From positions 1 through 48,806 of the forward strand of contig JAUWEG010000003.1 in NCBI GenBank assembly GCA_030608385.1: a stretch of DNA of 48,806 nucleotides. Direction: 5' to 3'. The notes under the pieces are model-generated. The model did no database searches. It was not told the origin of the DNA and saw only the letters and a program-made list of their open reading frames with translations. Shown here piece by piece: positions 1-8,974 of this stretch. The position numbers were made by a program, and so were the translations under genes. This DNA is from Candidatus Heimdallarchaeota archaeon (GTDB lineage: Archaea; Asgardarchaeota; Heimdallarchaeia; Heimdallarchaeales; Heimdallarchaeaceae). Numbering within the stretch: position 1 is the first letter of the stretch; every line of letters starts with the position of its first letter.

Positions 1-99
1 TTCTTTTCCAGTTTTAAATCCATTATAATAATTAGACTGATTTTAAGCAATTAATAGCAAAAAAAGATAAGACAACTTCCTTACAAAAGAGATGAGTGT

Positions 100-663
100 T
101 TAGAATTGAATTACGTTATCTACACTAATTTTTGCTAATTCGTATGGGGTGTTGCGTGGAACTTCAACTATACGAAGTTCAAATGGTCCTCTTCTGAAAT
201 ATCTATTCTCAAAGCTGAAATATTCGTCCATTGTTTTTCTTAACATCCTGTTAAGAGATTCAGTGATATCTCTAGTTCCAACAGGTTTATGATTAAAGTA
301 TTTGCTCTGAACAACTCTAATTAGTTCATATTTGCTTATCTTAGTTTGATCCCTTAGACGTAATAACTCAAGTATTAAAGCTGAGTTTACTTGACCACTA
401 TAACAGTTTAATCTGTTTATGATTCTTTTATAGCGGATGGGATGCGCATCTTCGATTCTAAATCGGTCAACGCTTAAGAAAGCACCAGCACTATAAGCTA
501 TAATCAATCCCATAGCTGCATTAAATTCTCGCAAACGAATTGCTTCGTTTAAACGAACTCTTTTACCATTCTCAGTAGTAAATAGTTGAGCTGATTGTCG
601 TAGGACACGATCAATCTGGGCCCTCACCTCTAGTTCGTCCATATCTTGCTGAAATATACCCAT
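100..663 (-). CDS. hypothetical protein (about 187 aa), no family recognised; divergent neighbour of the actin-fold ATPase
   Basis: The long ORF runs 100..672. The GTG at 672 lies inside a GGTGAT Shine-Dalgarno-like motif 5 nt upstream of the ATG at 663, so 663 is the preferred start. A minus-strand TATATAAA sits about 40 nt upstream. I recognise no catalytic or binding motif. Confidence 0.5.
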   Translation of the reverse strand: MGIFQQDMDELEVRAQIDRVLRQSAQLFTTENGKRVRLNEAIRLREFNAAMGLIIAYSAGAFLSVDRFRIEDAHPIRYKRIINRLNCYSGQVNSALILELLRLRDQTKISKYELIRVVQSKYFNHKPVGTRDITESLNRMLRKTMDEYFSFENRYFRRGPFELRIVEVPRNTPYELAKISVDNVIQF

Positions 664-960
664 AGTTATCACCTGGGTTTACGTGTGCTAGCCATAAAAT
701 AGCACATGCATTTATATACTTTTTCCAGTGGTATATAATCTTCTAATCAACTTTGAGGCGTTGAAACCTTTAAATTTATGCTTTTTACATTTTAATAATT
801 GGAATAAAAAATTCTAGAATTGAACCTCGAGCTTTTATAGTAATTTAAGTATATTAGAATGAAATACAGTAAGTGCAAAGAGCTTGGCGATTAGCTTTGC
901 TTGTGAACTTACAAATGGTTTAAATAATGAAATCATGAGATAAAAACTGTGGTGAAAAAT

Positions 961-2010
961 ATGCCTATCGCACCCATGACAAATGCTGTTGGAATTGATT
1001 TAGGAACAAGCACAATAAAGCTTACTTCAGGAGATAAGAGTTATAGGATTCCTTCTGTTATTGGAACACCTAATCCTGGTTGGCAAGGTATGTCTTCTGA
1101 TAAAAGTTGGCTAAACAATCTTATCATAGAAGATGCAAAAGGACAAGAAGTTTACATAGGTGAACTAGCTAGGCTGCAAAGTGAGATTAGAAAGCCTTTA
1201 GCTTCAGAAGGAAAGATGAAATCAATTCAAAATAGTCTTTTGGCTTTGAAAGCTATTTTGAGTCTTATTATGAAATCCAGTTATGAACAATTTGTAGTTG
1301 CTACAGGTGTTCCCATTGCAACTGGTGTTAATGAGAGTAAAGAACTAAGCCGAGGTCTCAAGGGAACTCACGAAATTAAGGTTCGAAATGATGCTACTGG
1401 TGAAGCAAAGCAGATGAAAATCTTAATTGAGCAAGTATTCATTGCACCAGAACCTTACGGAACTTACTGGCACACATTAAAAACAAGCGGTGTTCAAACT
1501 GCCGTAGATTCGATAATTGTAGATGTTGGTCATGGAACTACTGACATTCTATGTATGTATAAAGGTAACATGATGAGAGCTGCATCAGGCTCTTTAGAAG
1601 AAGCTGTTGACAGTTTAACAAGTGCTCTATCTAGAGCGATTCAAGAAAAAGCTGGCAAAATCATACGACCATTTGACTTGATGACAGCTATAGAACAAGG
1701 TAAGAAAAATATTCTAGTTGGTGGAAAAGCTCTAGATATTACCTCAGCAATGGATCAAGCAGTTACATCTATTGCAGATGTGATTGTTGACGAAAGCAAT
1801 CGACTACTTAACAATCTTCCACCTGATGCGTGGATTGAGAAAGTTATTGTTTGTGGTGGAGGAGCATATATCTTTGGTGATTACCTAAAACAAGCCTTCT
1901 TTGAAGCTAACATAGTTAAGAACACCAATGAAGTATTGCAACCAACCGATGCTGTGATGTCGAATGCTTTAGGTTTTGAGCAAATAGCTCTAACAAAATT
2001 AAAGAAATAA
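961..2010 (+). CDS. actin-fold (ASKHA) ATPase, ParM/StbA / Ta0583-like archaeal actin homologue
   Basis: The actin/Hsp70-fold motifs appear in order: phosphate-1 GIDLGTSTIK, phosphate-2 IVDVGHGTTD, adenosine VCGGGAYIFG. The size of about 350 aa also fits. GGTGA lies 5 nt before the ATG at 961, and the GTG at 949 from the ORF track is part of that SD. Confidence 0.75.
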   Translation: MPIAPMTNAVGIDLGTSTIKLTSGDKSYRIPSVIGTPNPGWQGMSSDKSWLNNLIIEDAKGQEVYIGELARLQSEIRKPLASEGKMKSIQNSLLALKAILSLIMKSSYEQFVVATGVPIATGVNESKELSRGLKGTHEIKVRNDATGEAKQMKILIEQVFIAPEPYGTYWHTLKTSGVQTAVDSIIVDVGHGTTDILCMYKGNMMRAASGSLEEAVDSLTSALSRAIQEKAGKIIRPFDLMTAIEQGKKNILVGGKALDITSAMDQAVTSIADVIVDESNRLLNNLPPDAWIEKVIVCGGGAYIFGDYLKQAFFEANIVKNTNEVLQPTDAVMSNALGFEQIALTKLKK

Positions 2011-2022
2011 TAAGCATCAAGC

Positions 2023-2823
2023 TTATTTTTTACTTTTCATTTCTTCTGTATCTTCTTTAAGTCCTAATTTTAATGTTTCATCAAGTTTCATAGCATAACC
2101 TGGACCCATAATGAGATAAATTATCATTAGAACTGCAATTCCATATGCAGGGTAAACCATCCAATTTGGATCGAAAGGAAGTACAGCAAAAAGAACAACA
2201 CACAGTGTAGTAGATACTATCCAAAACATGTCAAATTTTGTAGGGACTCCCTTAAAGGAGGGAAAAGGAATTTTTGATAACATGAATCCTGAAATTATTA
2301 CTGTCGATAACATAATTACCCATTGTTCTGTGTATGGAAAAATAACTAAACAAGCAACAACCATCCCTGCAAATGGACTAGGAAGTCCATTAAAATAAGG
2401 AGTATAAAGTGGATCTCGCTTAATGAAACGACAAAGTCTAAACCATACTGCACCTAAATAAATTAATCCTGTGAAAATGCCTGCAACAATATTCCAAGTT
2501 TGTATTGGCCAAGAAGCAACTGTGTAACCCAAGTATATAGCTGGAAAGATTCCAAAAGAAATAGAATCTACAATAGTATCAATATCAACAGCCAGTTTTT
2601 TACTACCGCTTATTCTTGCTAATTTCCCATCTGCAAAATCAAATATTGAACATAATGCAATTATTTTTGCAAACCAATAGTTAAAATCTGTTGGATTAAT
2701 AAAAGTGAAAACAATTCCAATAATTGCTAGAATCAGGCTTGAAAAAGTAAGGAAATTTGCCAAAATCCAAGCTGTCTTTTTTATCCAGTTTTTTTGTAAA
2801 AATGTTACATCTTGCCATTCCAT
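2023..2823 (-). CDS. pssA: CDP-alcohol phosphatidyltransferase, probable archaetidylserine synthase
   Basis: A polytopic membrane protein carrying the CDP-alcohol transferase signature DGKLAR-x7-A-x3-D-x3-D (DFADGKLARISGSKKLAVDIDTIVD). Its ATG directly abuts the stop of the upstream decarboxylase gene. Confidence 0.75.
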   Translation of the reverse strand: MEWQDVTFLQKNWIKKTAWILANFLTFSSLILAIIGIVFTFINPTDFNYWFAKIIALCSIFDFADGKLARISGSKKLAVDIDTIVDSISFGIFPAIYLGYTVASWPIQTWNIVAGIFTGLIYLGAVWFRLCRFIKRDPLYTPYFNGLPSPFAGMVVACLVIFPYTEQWVIMLSTVIISGFMLSKIPFPSFKGVPTKFDMFWIVSTTLCVVLFAVLPFDPNWMVYPAYGIAVLMIIYLIMGPGYAMKLDETLKLGLKEDTEEMKSKK

Positions 2824-3474
2824 TTAATCACATTCAGCTAACACTGTCTTCCCAGCTCTTACTACATCAGATTTACCTATCTTAAATTTAAACTTTTTAT
2901 CACTTTTGATTTCTAAACTTGTTAGTGAACCAAACCTGATGGTTCCTATTACTTCTCCTTGTTTTACGCTATCTCCGTCCTTAACATAAGCAACTGTTCT
3001 TCTTGCAAAGATACCCGAAACCTGAGTTACAATTGCACTAATGTTTCCTACTTCATCAATAATTTCAATCTTATTCCTCTGGTTTTTCATTGCATAATTT
3101 GGAAAATATGCCGGCCAATGAGACCCCTTCTTGAAGGCTGTTTTCGTTACTTTTCCTTTAATTGGACTTCTTGTCATGTGAACATCAAACGGTGACATTC
3201 TAATTAAACAGTAGATTATTCCTTCTTTCTCTTTAACTTCCATTATTCTTCCATCAGCTGGAGCTAGAATTTTATTGATGTCTATACTAACGGATCTTTC
3301 TGGATTTCTAAAAGTCCAAATCAAGAAAGAGCTTGCTATAACAATTAAACCGAGTATAATAAAATGCCAAAAGAAGCTAGTTAAATACCATATTACAAAT
3401 GACAAAACGAAACATAGAGCTGAAAAAGCGAGTAAAAACAAAACAATGAACTTTGTTCCTTTTGCTATAGCCAT
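2824..3474 (-). CDS. psd: phosphatidyl/archaetidylserine decarboxylase proenzyme (short form)
   Basis: It has an N-terminal TM hairpin, a short-type Psd body and a C-terminal G-S self-cleavage-type motif (IRFGSLTS). GAGGA lies 5-6 nt before the ATG at 3474; the ORF-track start at 3486 is TTG. The gene is translationally coupled to pssA. Confidence 0.8.
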   Translation of the reverse strand: MAIAKGTKFIVLFLLAFSALCFVLSFVIWYLTSFFWHFIILGLIVIASSFLIWTFRNPERSVSIDINKILAPADGRIMEVKEKEGIIYCLIRMSPFDVHMTRSPIKGKVTKTAFKKGSHWPAYFPNYAMKNQRNKIEIIDEVGNISAIVTQVSGIFARRTVAYVKDGDSVKQGEVIGTIRFGSLTSLEIKSDKKFKFKIGKSDVVRAGKTVLAECD

Positions 3475-3581
3475 TTGAATCCTCAAACTTCCCTTGTGTA
3501 ATTAATCTCGTGAGAATCTCAAAATAACTAAAGAAAACAGTGTTAAAAATGTTTGCCAAAGGAAGAAAAAGAGGGAAAAAA

Positions 3582-6500
3582 CTAGTTTTTCCTTTTTCTT
3601 AAGAGAGTAGTTAGAGCGGCTATAGATAACAACCCTAATATTACATAAAATGTGTTCACTGGGCTTCCTTTTGGCTTCTTTGTTGGAATAATATATGTGG
3701 CTTCAATTATATTACCTGCTTCATCTCTTGCATAGACATACAATGTGTTGTCTCCTTCAATTAGAGAAGAAACTAATACAACAAAGGTTCTTACTTTACC
3801 GGTTCCAGAAATACTGATACTTCCACCATTAAGTTCTACAGCCGTTGAAATGATGTCTGTAGTCGTATCTTGAATCTTGAAATCCAATCTAGCGGTTTCT
3901 GGAACAGTATAATTTGCCCAAGTTCCACTGGTAATTACTGGTGGACTTGAATCAAATAGAAACTCACCTATCCATTTATCATCAGCAGATTCAAGAATAA
4001 ATGTGTAGATACCTTCATTTGTATAAGTAAGTCTGTAGCTATATAGTCCACCACCATCATCAGTTAACGATACATATTGGAATGAAGTTCCAGTTGAATC
4101 CTCAAGTCTAACACTAGCTACAATATCTGCTAGTGGATCAAGTGAGAATATGTCAAAATCTACGCCTGTTTCATCTTCAAGGTAATCTGCTGTGATTTTT
4201 TCTCTAGCAGTTAACCAGTTGAACAAGTTTATTGCAAAAATCTGATTTTGTGTTCCGGCATTGTATAAATTACGATATCCTTGTGTGTCTATATGGAAAT
4301 TAGTTGAAGTTATTAACACTCTTCCTCCGGCTAAATTCTCCCAGAGAGCTACTGTTGGTTTGTTATTATATTTTGCTAGAGCAATAGCATTGCCTGTGAC
4401 AGTTAATGTTGTACCATAATGATCTATGTAATCAACACCTTCAGTAACAGCATGGGTTTTAGTTACTGGTACTTTTACTGGAGCACCAAAATCAAACAAT
4501 ACAGATGAAGCTTCAATTCCATAAATAGAAATGAGCTCATTTAATCTTGTAATGTTAGTTCCAAGATTTCTATATCCAGAAGGTGTTTCCTGTGAAGATA
4601 ATCCTAAGAAGTCTATAAATAAACCTCCTCCACCTGTTACATAATTTTGAATAGCCGTAATTTCACTGTCCGTTATTTCAGTATAATCAGAAATGGTATA
4701 ATTTTCATCAAGTCTCAACTCAAAGGGATCTGGTAACCAAATAGCGTCATATTGATTTAACAAATCTTCAGTAATGACGTTTTCTTCTCCAGTTATGTTA
4801 AACAATCTATACTCATTAACAGCAATTCCCTTTGATAGAAGGTCGTCAATTGCATAGTAATACTGACCAAGTAGATTATCTATTCCATAATCAGTAAATA
4901 ACCTTGCATAAAGTATTTTTCCTTTACCTTCAGTAACTGTAATTTCTATTGGAGTATTAGCTGTTACACCTGTAGCAGTCTCATAAGTAATAATACCTGT
5001 ATAAAGACCTAAAGCTGCATCGTCAGGAACATTAATTGCCAAATAAAAATTCTTTGTCCATGGTCCTGTAACTGCTGTAGTGTTCAAATCCAGAATAGCA
5101 GTAATATTTCCATTAAGAACAGGAACTAAATCTTCCCAAGGTGTTGAAGATACTGATTGGACAAATAATTCAGCATGAAATCCTTGAGGTATGATTTGAT
5201 AATCAATTATTGGGAAGTATGGGTGTGCATAAAGAATAACTGGGAAACCAGAACCATTAGTTGGCGCAGCTTGAATATCAGCATAAGCAGTACCAAAGTT
5301 TGCGAGCCCCGCACCATTGCTGAGGTAACTGTTAGTTCCGAGATAAGCTGATCCCATAAGAGCTGCTTTAATTAAACCAGCATCATATTGTATTCCTTGA
5401 TCCTTCAATGCTTCAATTAAGACCGCTACACCGCCTGCAATATGTGGAGTTGCCATTGAAGTTCCGCTTTTCAACACATAATCAGAAGGATTAGCAATCC
5501 CACAACTCATTATATCCATACCTGGAGCTGCAATATCTGGTTTAATGTAACCCTCCGCTGTTGGTCCATTTGAACTAACTGCATATCTACCACCAGTTAC
5601 TGTAGTTCCTGCAACGCTTAATGCATTTGGGGCAGATCCCGGAGAATCTAATGAGTAAAAACCACTGTCACCCGCATTACCTGCTGCTGCAGCAACGACC
5701 ACTCCTTGAGCAATCATTTCTTCAACTGCAATTTCGGTTAAATCCATTCCTTCGCTGTCTCCCCCACCCCAACTGAGGTTGACAACATCTACACCTATTG
5801 TCAGACCATAATTCATTGCGGCTATTCCCGCTAAAGCATAGACTGTGGGACCAGCACCACCTATTTTTGCAACTAGAATGTCTGCATCTGGTGCCATTCC
5901 AATATAGTCTCCATTAGCGATTCCTCCACCTGCTGCTATTCCAGCAGTATGAGTTCCATGACTATTCAAATCGTTGATTGTATGATCATCGGTTGGAGCT
6001 CCATATATTGTCAAAAGGAATGATTGGCTAGTACCCAATATTCTATCTTCAAAATCGAGATGGTCTTCAAATATTCCAGAATCTATGTCATAAACTACAG
6101 TATTACTGCCTGTATAACCTAATGACCAGAGAGCATCTATATTGAGCAAATCTCGTGTTTGAATAGTTTTTTTCACACCAGAATCATCTAACATAATATA
6201 TTCAATTTCTTCTGGTTGATCATAGAAGTAAAATTTAGAATCTGTAATGTCTAAAACGGCATCTACGCCATCTATTTCTCTATATTCATCCTTTTTACTC
6301 AAATAATCCTCCAAAGCAACCATTTTGAGATTAGAAAATGTTAATTCTTCTACTGGATTGTAAGAATCAACAAAGTTGTTGAACATTGCTTTTTTATCAA
6401 AATGCAAAACAAAAGTTCTAATCGAATCAACAAAGGGTTGTTCTGGAAGAGAATATGGTTGTGTAATTATTTCTATTTCTATGGTAGTGTCATTTTGAGC

Positions 6501-6590
6501 AACTGATGTCATAATCATCATTGAACTCATTTGAAACATAAACAAAGAAAGTAAAAAGATAGTTGTAACTATTATTGCTTTTCGTTTCAT
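3582..6590 (-). CDS. secreted subtilisin-like serine protease (peptidase S8) with large C-terminal extension and C-terminal TM anchor
   Basis: A signal peptide is followed by the S8 triad motifs DIDSGI (Asp), HGTHTAG (His) and GTSMATPH (Ser), with the oxyanion Asn in NLSWGG. About 550 aa of extra domains follow. The C-terminus is a hydrophobic helix plus RKRKN. GGTGA lies 3 nt before the ATG. Confidence 0.85.
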   Translation of the reverse strand: MKRKAIIVTTIFLLSLFMFQMSSMMIMTSVAQNDTTIEIEIITQPYSLPEQPFVDSIRTFVLHFDKKAMFNNFVDSYNPVEELTFSNLKMVALEDYLSKKDEYREIDGVDAVLDITDSKFYFYDQPEEIEYIMLDDSGVKKTIQTRDLLNIDALWSLGYTGSNTVVYDIDSGIFEDHLDFEDRILGTSQSFLLTIYGAPTDDHTINDLNSHGTHTAGIAAGGGIANGDYIGMAPDADILVAKIGGAGPTVYALAGIAAMNYGLTIGVDVVNLSWGGGDSEGMDLTEIAVEEMIAQGVVVAAAAGNAGDSGFYSLDSPGSAPNALSVAGTTVTGGRYAVSSNGPTAEGYIKPDIAAPGMDIMSCGIANPSDYVLKSGTSMATPHIAGGVAVLIEALKDQGIQYDAGLIKAALMGSAYLGTNSYLSNGAGLANFGTAYADIQAAPTNGSGFPVILYAHPYFPIIDYQIIPQGFHAELFVQSVSSTPWEDLVPVLNGNITAILDLNTTAVTGPWTKNFYLAINVPDDAALGLYTGIITYETATGVTANTPIEITVTEGKGKILYARLFTDYGIDNLLGQYYYAIDDLLSKGIAVNEYRLFNITGEENVITEDLLNQYDAIWLPDPFELRLDENYTISDYTEITDSEITAIQNYVTGGGGLFIDFLGLSSQETPSGYRNLGTNITRLNELISIYGIEASSVLFDFGAPVKVPVTKTHAVTEGVDYIDHYGTTLTVTGNAIALAKYNNKPTVALWENLAGGRVLITSTNFHIDTQGYRNLYNAGTQNQIFAINLFNWLTAREKITADYLEDETGVDFDIFSLDPLADIVASVRLEDSTGTSFQYVSLTDDGGGLYSYRLTYTNEGIYTFILESADDKWIGEFLFDSSPPVITSGTWANYTVPETARLDFKIQDTTTDIISTAVELNGGSISISGTGKVRTFVVLVSSLIEGDNTLYVYARDEAGNIIEATYIIPTKKPKGSPVNTFYVILGLLSIAALTTLLRKRKN

Positions 6591-6747
6591 AAGTCACCAT
6601 TGTATCATTACCTTCATAAATTTTTTTGAACACCAGTATTTCAAAATAGATTAGACAATGTGGATCCATTTTTGCTGTTGATACTGCAATTTTTATAAAA
6701 TCCTAAACATACTTCTAACCAAATAATCCTCTGTAGGTGTTTAAAAA

Positions 6748-7590
6748 ATGAACAATGAGCAATTTATCCCTCTTTACCAGTTAGATTCCTTTAGCAATGA
6801 AGCATTCAAAGGAAATCCTGCTGCTGTTTGTTTAATCGTTCGAGAGCTTGATGATGCACTTCTTCTGAAAATAGCAGCTGAAATGAATCTTTCAGAAACA
6901 GCCTTTATCTATGTTGACGATTTCAAAACCATTAGGAATGTAGATACTTTTCGATTGAGATGGTTCACTCCTCAAGTAGAAGTTAATCTGTGCGGGCATG
7001 CAACTTTGGCTTCTGCAGCTGTTCTTTTTAATGAATATCACTTGATCACTGATGTAATTAAATTTGAAACCTTGAGCGGTCAATTATTGGCTAAAAAAGC
7101 AGACGAGAAAATGCAATTAAACTTTCCATTGACTGAATCAAGCACTTGTGAACCTGACGATAAAATACTCGACGCATTGGGGATTCATGAATTTGAAGAC
7201 TATGTATATTCCGAGATAAGTCAAGACCTATTAATCAGATTGAAAAACGAAGGATCTGTGGAGCGGTTATCACCAGATTTCAGTGCAATGAAGATGATTG
7301 TTTCTAGCAAAACTATAAGAGGTGTAATAGTAACTGCAAAGGGGGATAATTATTATGATTTTGTATCCCGGTTTTTTGCTCCTTGGGTGGGAATTAACGA
7401 AGACCCAGTAACGGGTTCTGCCCACACCCAACTTCAACCTTACTGGTCTAAGCTTTTGGGTAAAAATGAAATGAAAGCCAAGCAAGTTTCTAGTAGAAGC
7501 GGAGAGCTAATTGTAAGAGCAACTAAGGAGAACAGAGTCGAAATAGAAGGTGATGCAACTTTAGTTATGAAAGGAAAGCTATTCCTCTAA
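6748..7590 (+). CDS. PhzF-family isomerase-like protein
   Basis: Typical PhzF family motifs are present: FKGNPAAV, LSETAF, CGHATLA and DPVTGSAH. The length of about 280 aa fits the family. Confidence 0.85.
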   Translation: MNNEQFIPLYQLDSFSNEAFKGNPAAVCLIVRELDDALLLKIAAEMNLSETAFIYVDDFKTIRNVDTFRLRWFTPQVEVNLCGHATLASAAVLFNEYHLITDVIKFETLSGQLLAKKADEKMQLNFPLTESSTCEPDDKILDALGIHEFEDYVYSEISQDLLIRLKNEGSVERLSPDFSAMKMIVSSKTIRGVIVTAKGDNYYDFVSRFFAPWVGINEDPVTGSAHTQLQPYWSKLLGKNEMKAKQVSSRSGELIVRATKENRVEIEGDATLVMKGKLFL

Positions 7591-7820
7591 GAATCTCACG
7601 AAACAAAAGTTGCTAACTTATTTTTCTTTATAAATCTCTGTGTGAAACATATAGATATGATAGTATGGAAAGCTGACTTTTTATGAACATTATAACTGGT
7701 TAATCAAAAAAATATTAATCCTCAAATATGCCTTCTTAAGACTTAGCGGAATAGTTTTAACTAATTCTAAAAAAATGGAATTACGTTTAGTCATTTACAT
7801 AAATTCGTTTCACTGAACTG

Positions 7821-7827
7821 TATATAA
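7821..7827 (+). promoter_or_regulatory. archaeal TATA box for a leaderless SDR gene
   Basis: TATATAA lies 29 nt upstream of the ATG at 7850, and there is no SD in between. Confidence 0.4.
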
Positions 7828-7849
7828 CTGTCGGTGTGTAACTTAACTT

Positions 7850-8872
7850 ATGAGAGTCTTACTCACTGGGGCATTTGGAAATGTGGGACAAAGTACCTTA
7901 GAGGTTTTGCTTAAGAAAGGGTACTCTGTAAAATGTTTTGATTTAGGGAATCCAAGGAATCTAAAGATTAAAAAGGAGTTGAAAAAGCTTGGATATTTTG
8001 ATACTATCTGGGGAGATATCAGGGATCAGGAAATAATAGAAGATTTAGTCAAAGACGTTGATGTTATAATTCATCTAGCAGCAATAATTCCTCCTTTAGC
8101 ATATGATAGACCTGATTTAGCATATGCAGTTAATGTAACTGGTGCAACTAACATATTACGTGCGGCAGAGAGCATGGAAACCCCTCCTAAACTTATTTAC
8201 GCATCTTCTATCGCAGTTCATGGTAACAGAATGGATCATATTCCTCCAACAAAGATATCTGATCCAATAAAACCTCTGGAATATGATAATTATGCTAAAC
8301 ATAAAGTTGAGATGGAAAAGAGAATAATTAAAAGTAAAATCCCTTGGACAATTTTGCGATTTGCTGCAATTACACCATTTGAACTAGGCTGGAAAATCCC
8401 AGATATAATGTTTGAAATACCATTAAAGCAAAGAATAGAGATCGCGGATACTAGAGATGTTGGACTAGCTTGCGCAAATGCTGTTGAAGCTGACACTGCA
8501 GGAAAGATTCTTTTCATTGGAGGTGGAGAGGGAAATCAATTATACCAATCTGAATATGTTTCAAAACTGCTTGAAGCTTTGGGGATAGGGATGTTACCTG
8601 AAGAAGCATTTAAGCCTGTAAAAAATATTGATGACTATTATCATTGTGATTGGATGAACACGGATGAAGCACAGAAGATACTCAAATTTCAAAGATACTC
8701 TTTTGAAGATTTCATCAAGGTATTCAAGAAGAAAATTAGTTTTAGGAGATTCCTAATTAAACTATTCAAACCAACAGTAAGAGGCATTTTACTCCATAAA
8801 TCACCCTATTATAAAACACATAAAAAGAAACGAACTCGTCATAGCTCCAAAGGGAAACCTACCTTTGGATAA
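7850..8872 (+). CDS. NAD(P)-dependent epimerase/dehydratase (extended SDR) with basic C-terminal tail
   Basis: A Rossmann motif LLTGAFGNVGQ and a catalytic YxxxK (YAKHK) are present. TATATAA lies 29 nt upstream of the ATG, suggesting a leaderless mRNA. The C-terminus is Lys/Arg-rich (HKKKRTRHSSKGK). Confidence 0.8.
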   Translation: MRVLLTGAFGNVGQSTLEVLLKKGYSVKCFDLGNPRNLKIKKELKKLGYFDTIWGDIRDQEIIEDLVKDVDVIIHLAAIIPPLAYDRPDLAYAVNVTGATNILRAAESMETPPKLIYASSIAVHGNRMDHIPPTKISDPIKPLEYDNYAKHKVEMEKRIIKSKIPWTILRFAAITPFELGWKIPDIMFEIPLKQRIEIADTRDVGLACANAVEADTAGKILFIGGGEGNQLYQSEYVSKLLEALGIGMLPEEAFKPVKNIDDYYHCDWMNTDEAQKILKFQRYSFEDFIKVFKKKISFRRFLIKLFKPTVRGILLHKSPYYKTHKKKRTRHSSKGKPTFG

Positions 8873-8974
8873 TTTTTTTTTCCAATGATAAGATATATAT
8901 ATCACTATATGACATCTAAATCAAAACGCTTTGGTGAATATTTTACATTAACAAAGTACCTTAATGGTGATAAA

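Noticed and set aside
683-900. Short inverted repeats in the 664-960 spacer as a possible ncRNA or riboswitch.
   Set aside because: The stems are only 7-8 bp in very AT-rich sequence, with no conserved-looking structure. Operator or promoter elements are more plausible. They are kept only as a note within the actin finding.
8885-8974. A 30-codon N-terminal extension of the dnaK ORF ([16 protein letters not shown]...).
   Set aside because: It is not Hsp70-like. A strong GGTGA SD sits 4 nt before the ATG at 8975, which gives the canonical [21 protein letters not shown]-terminus.
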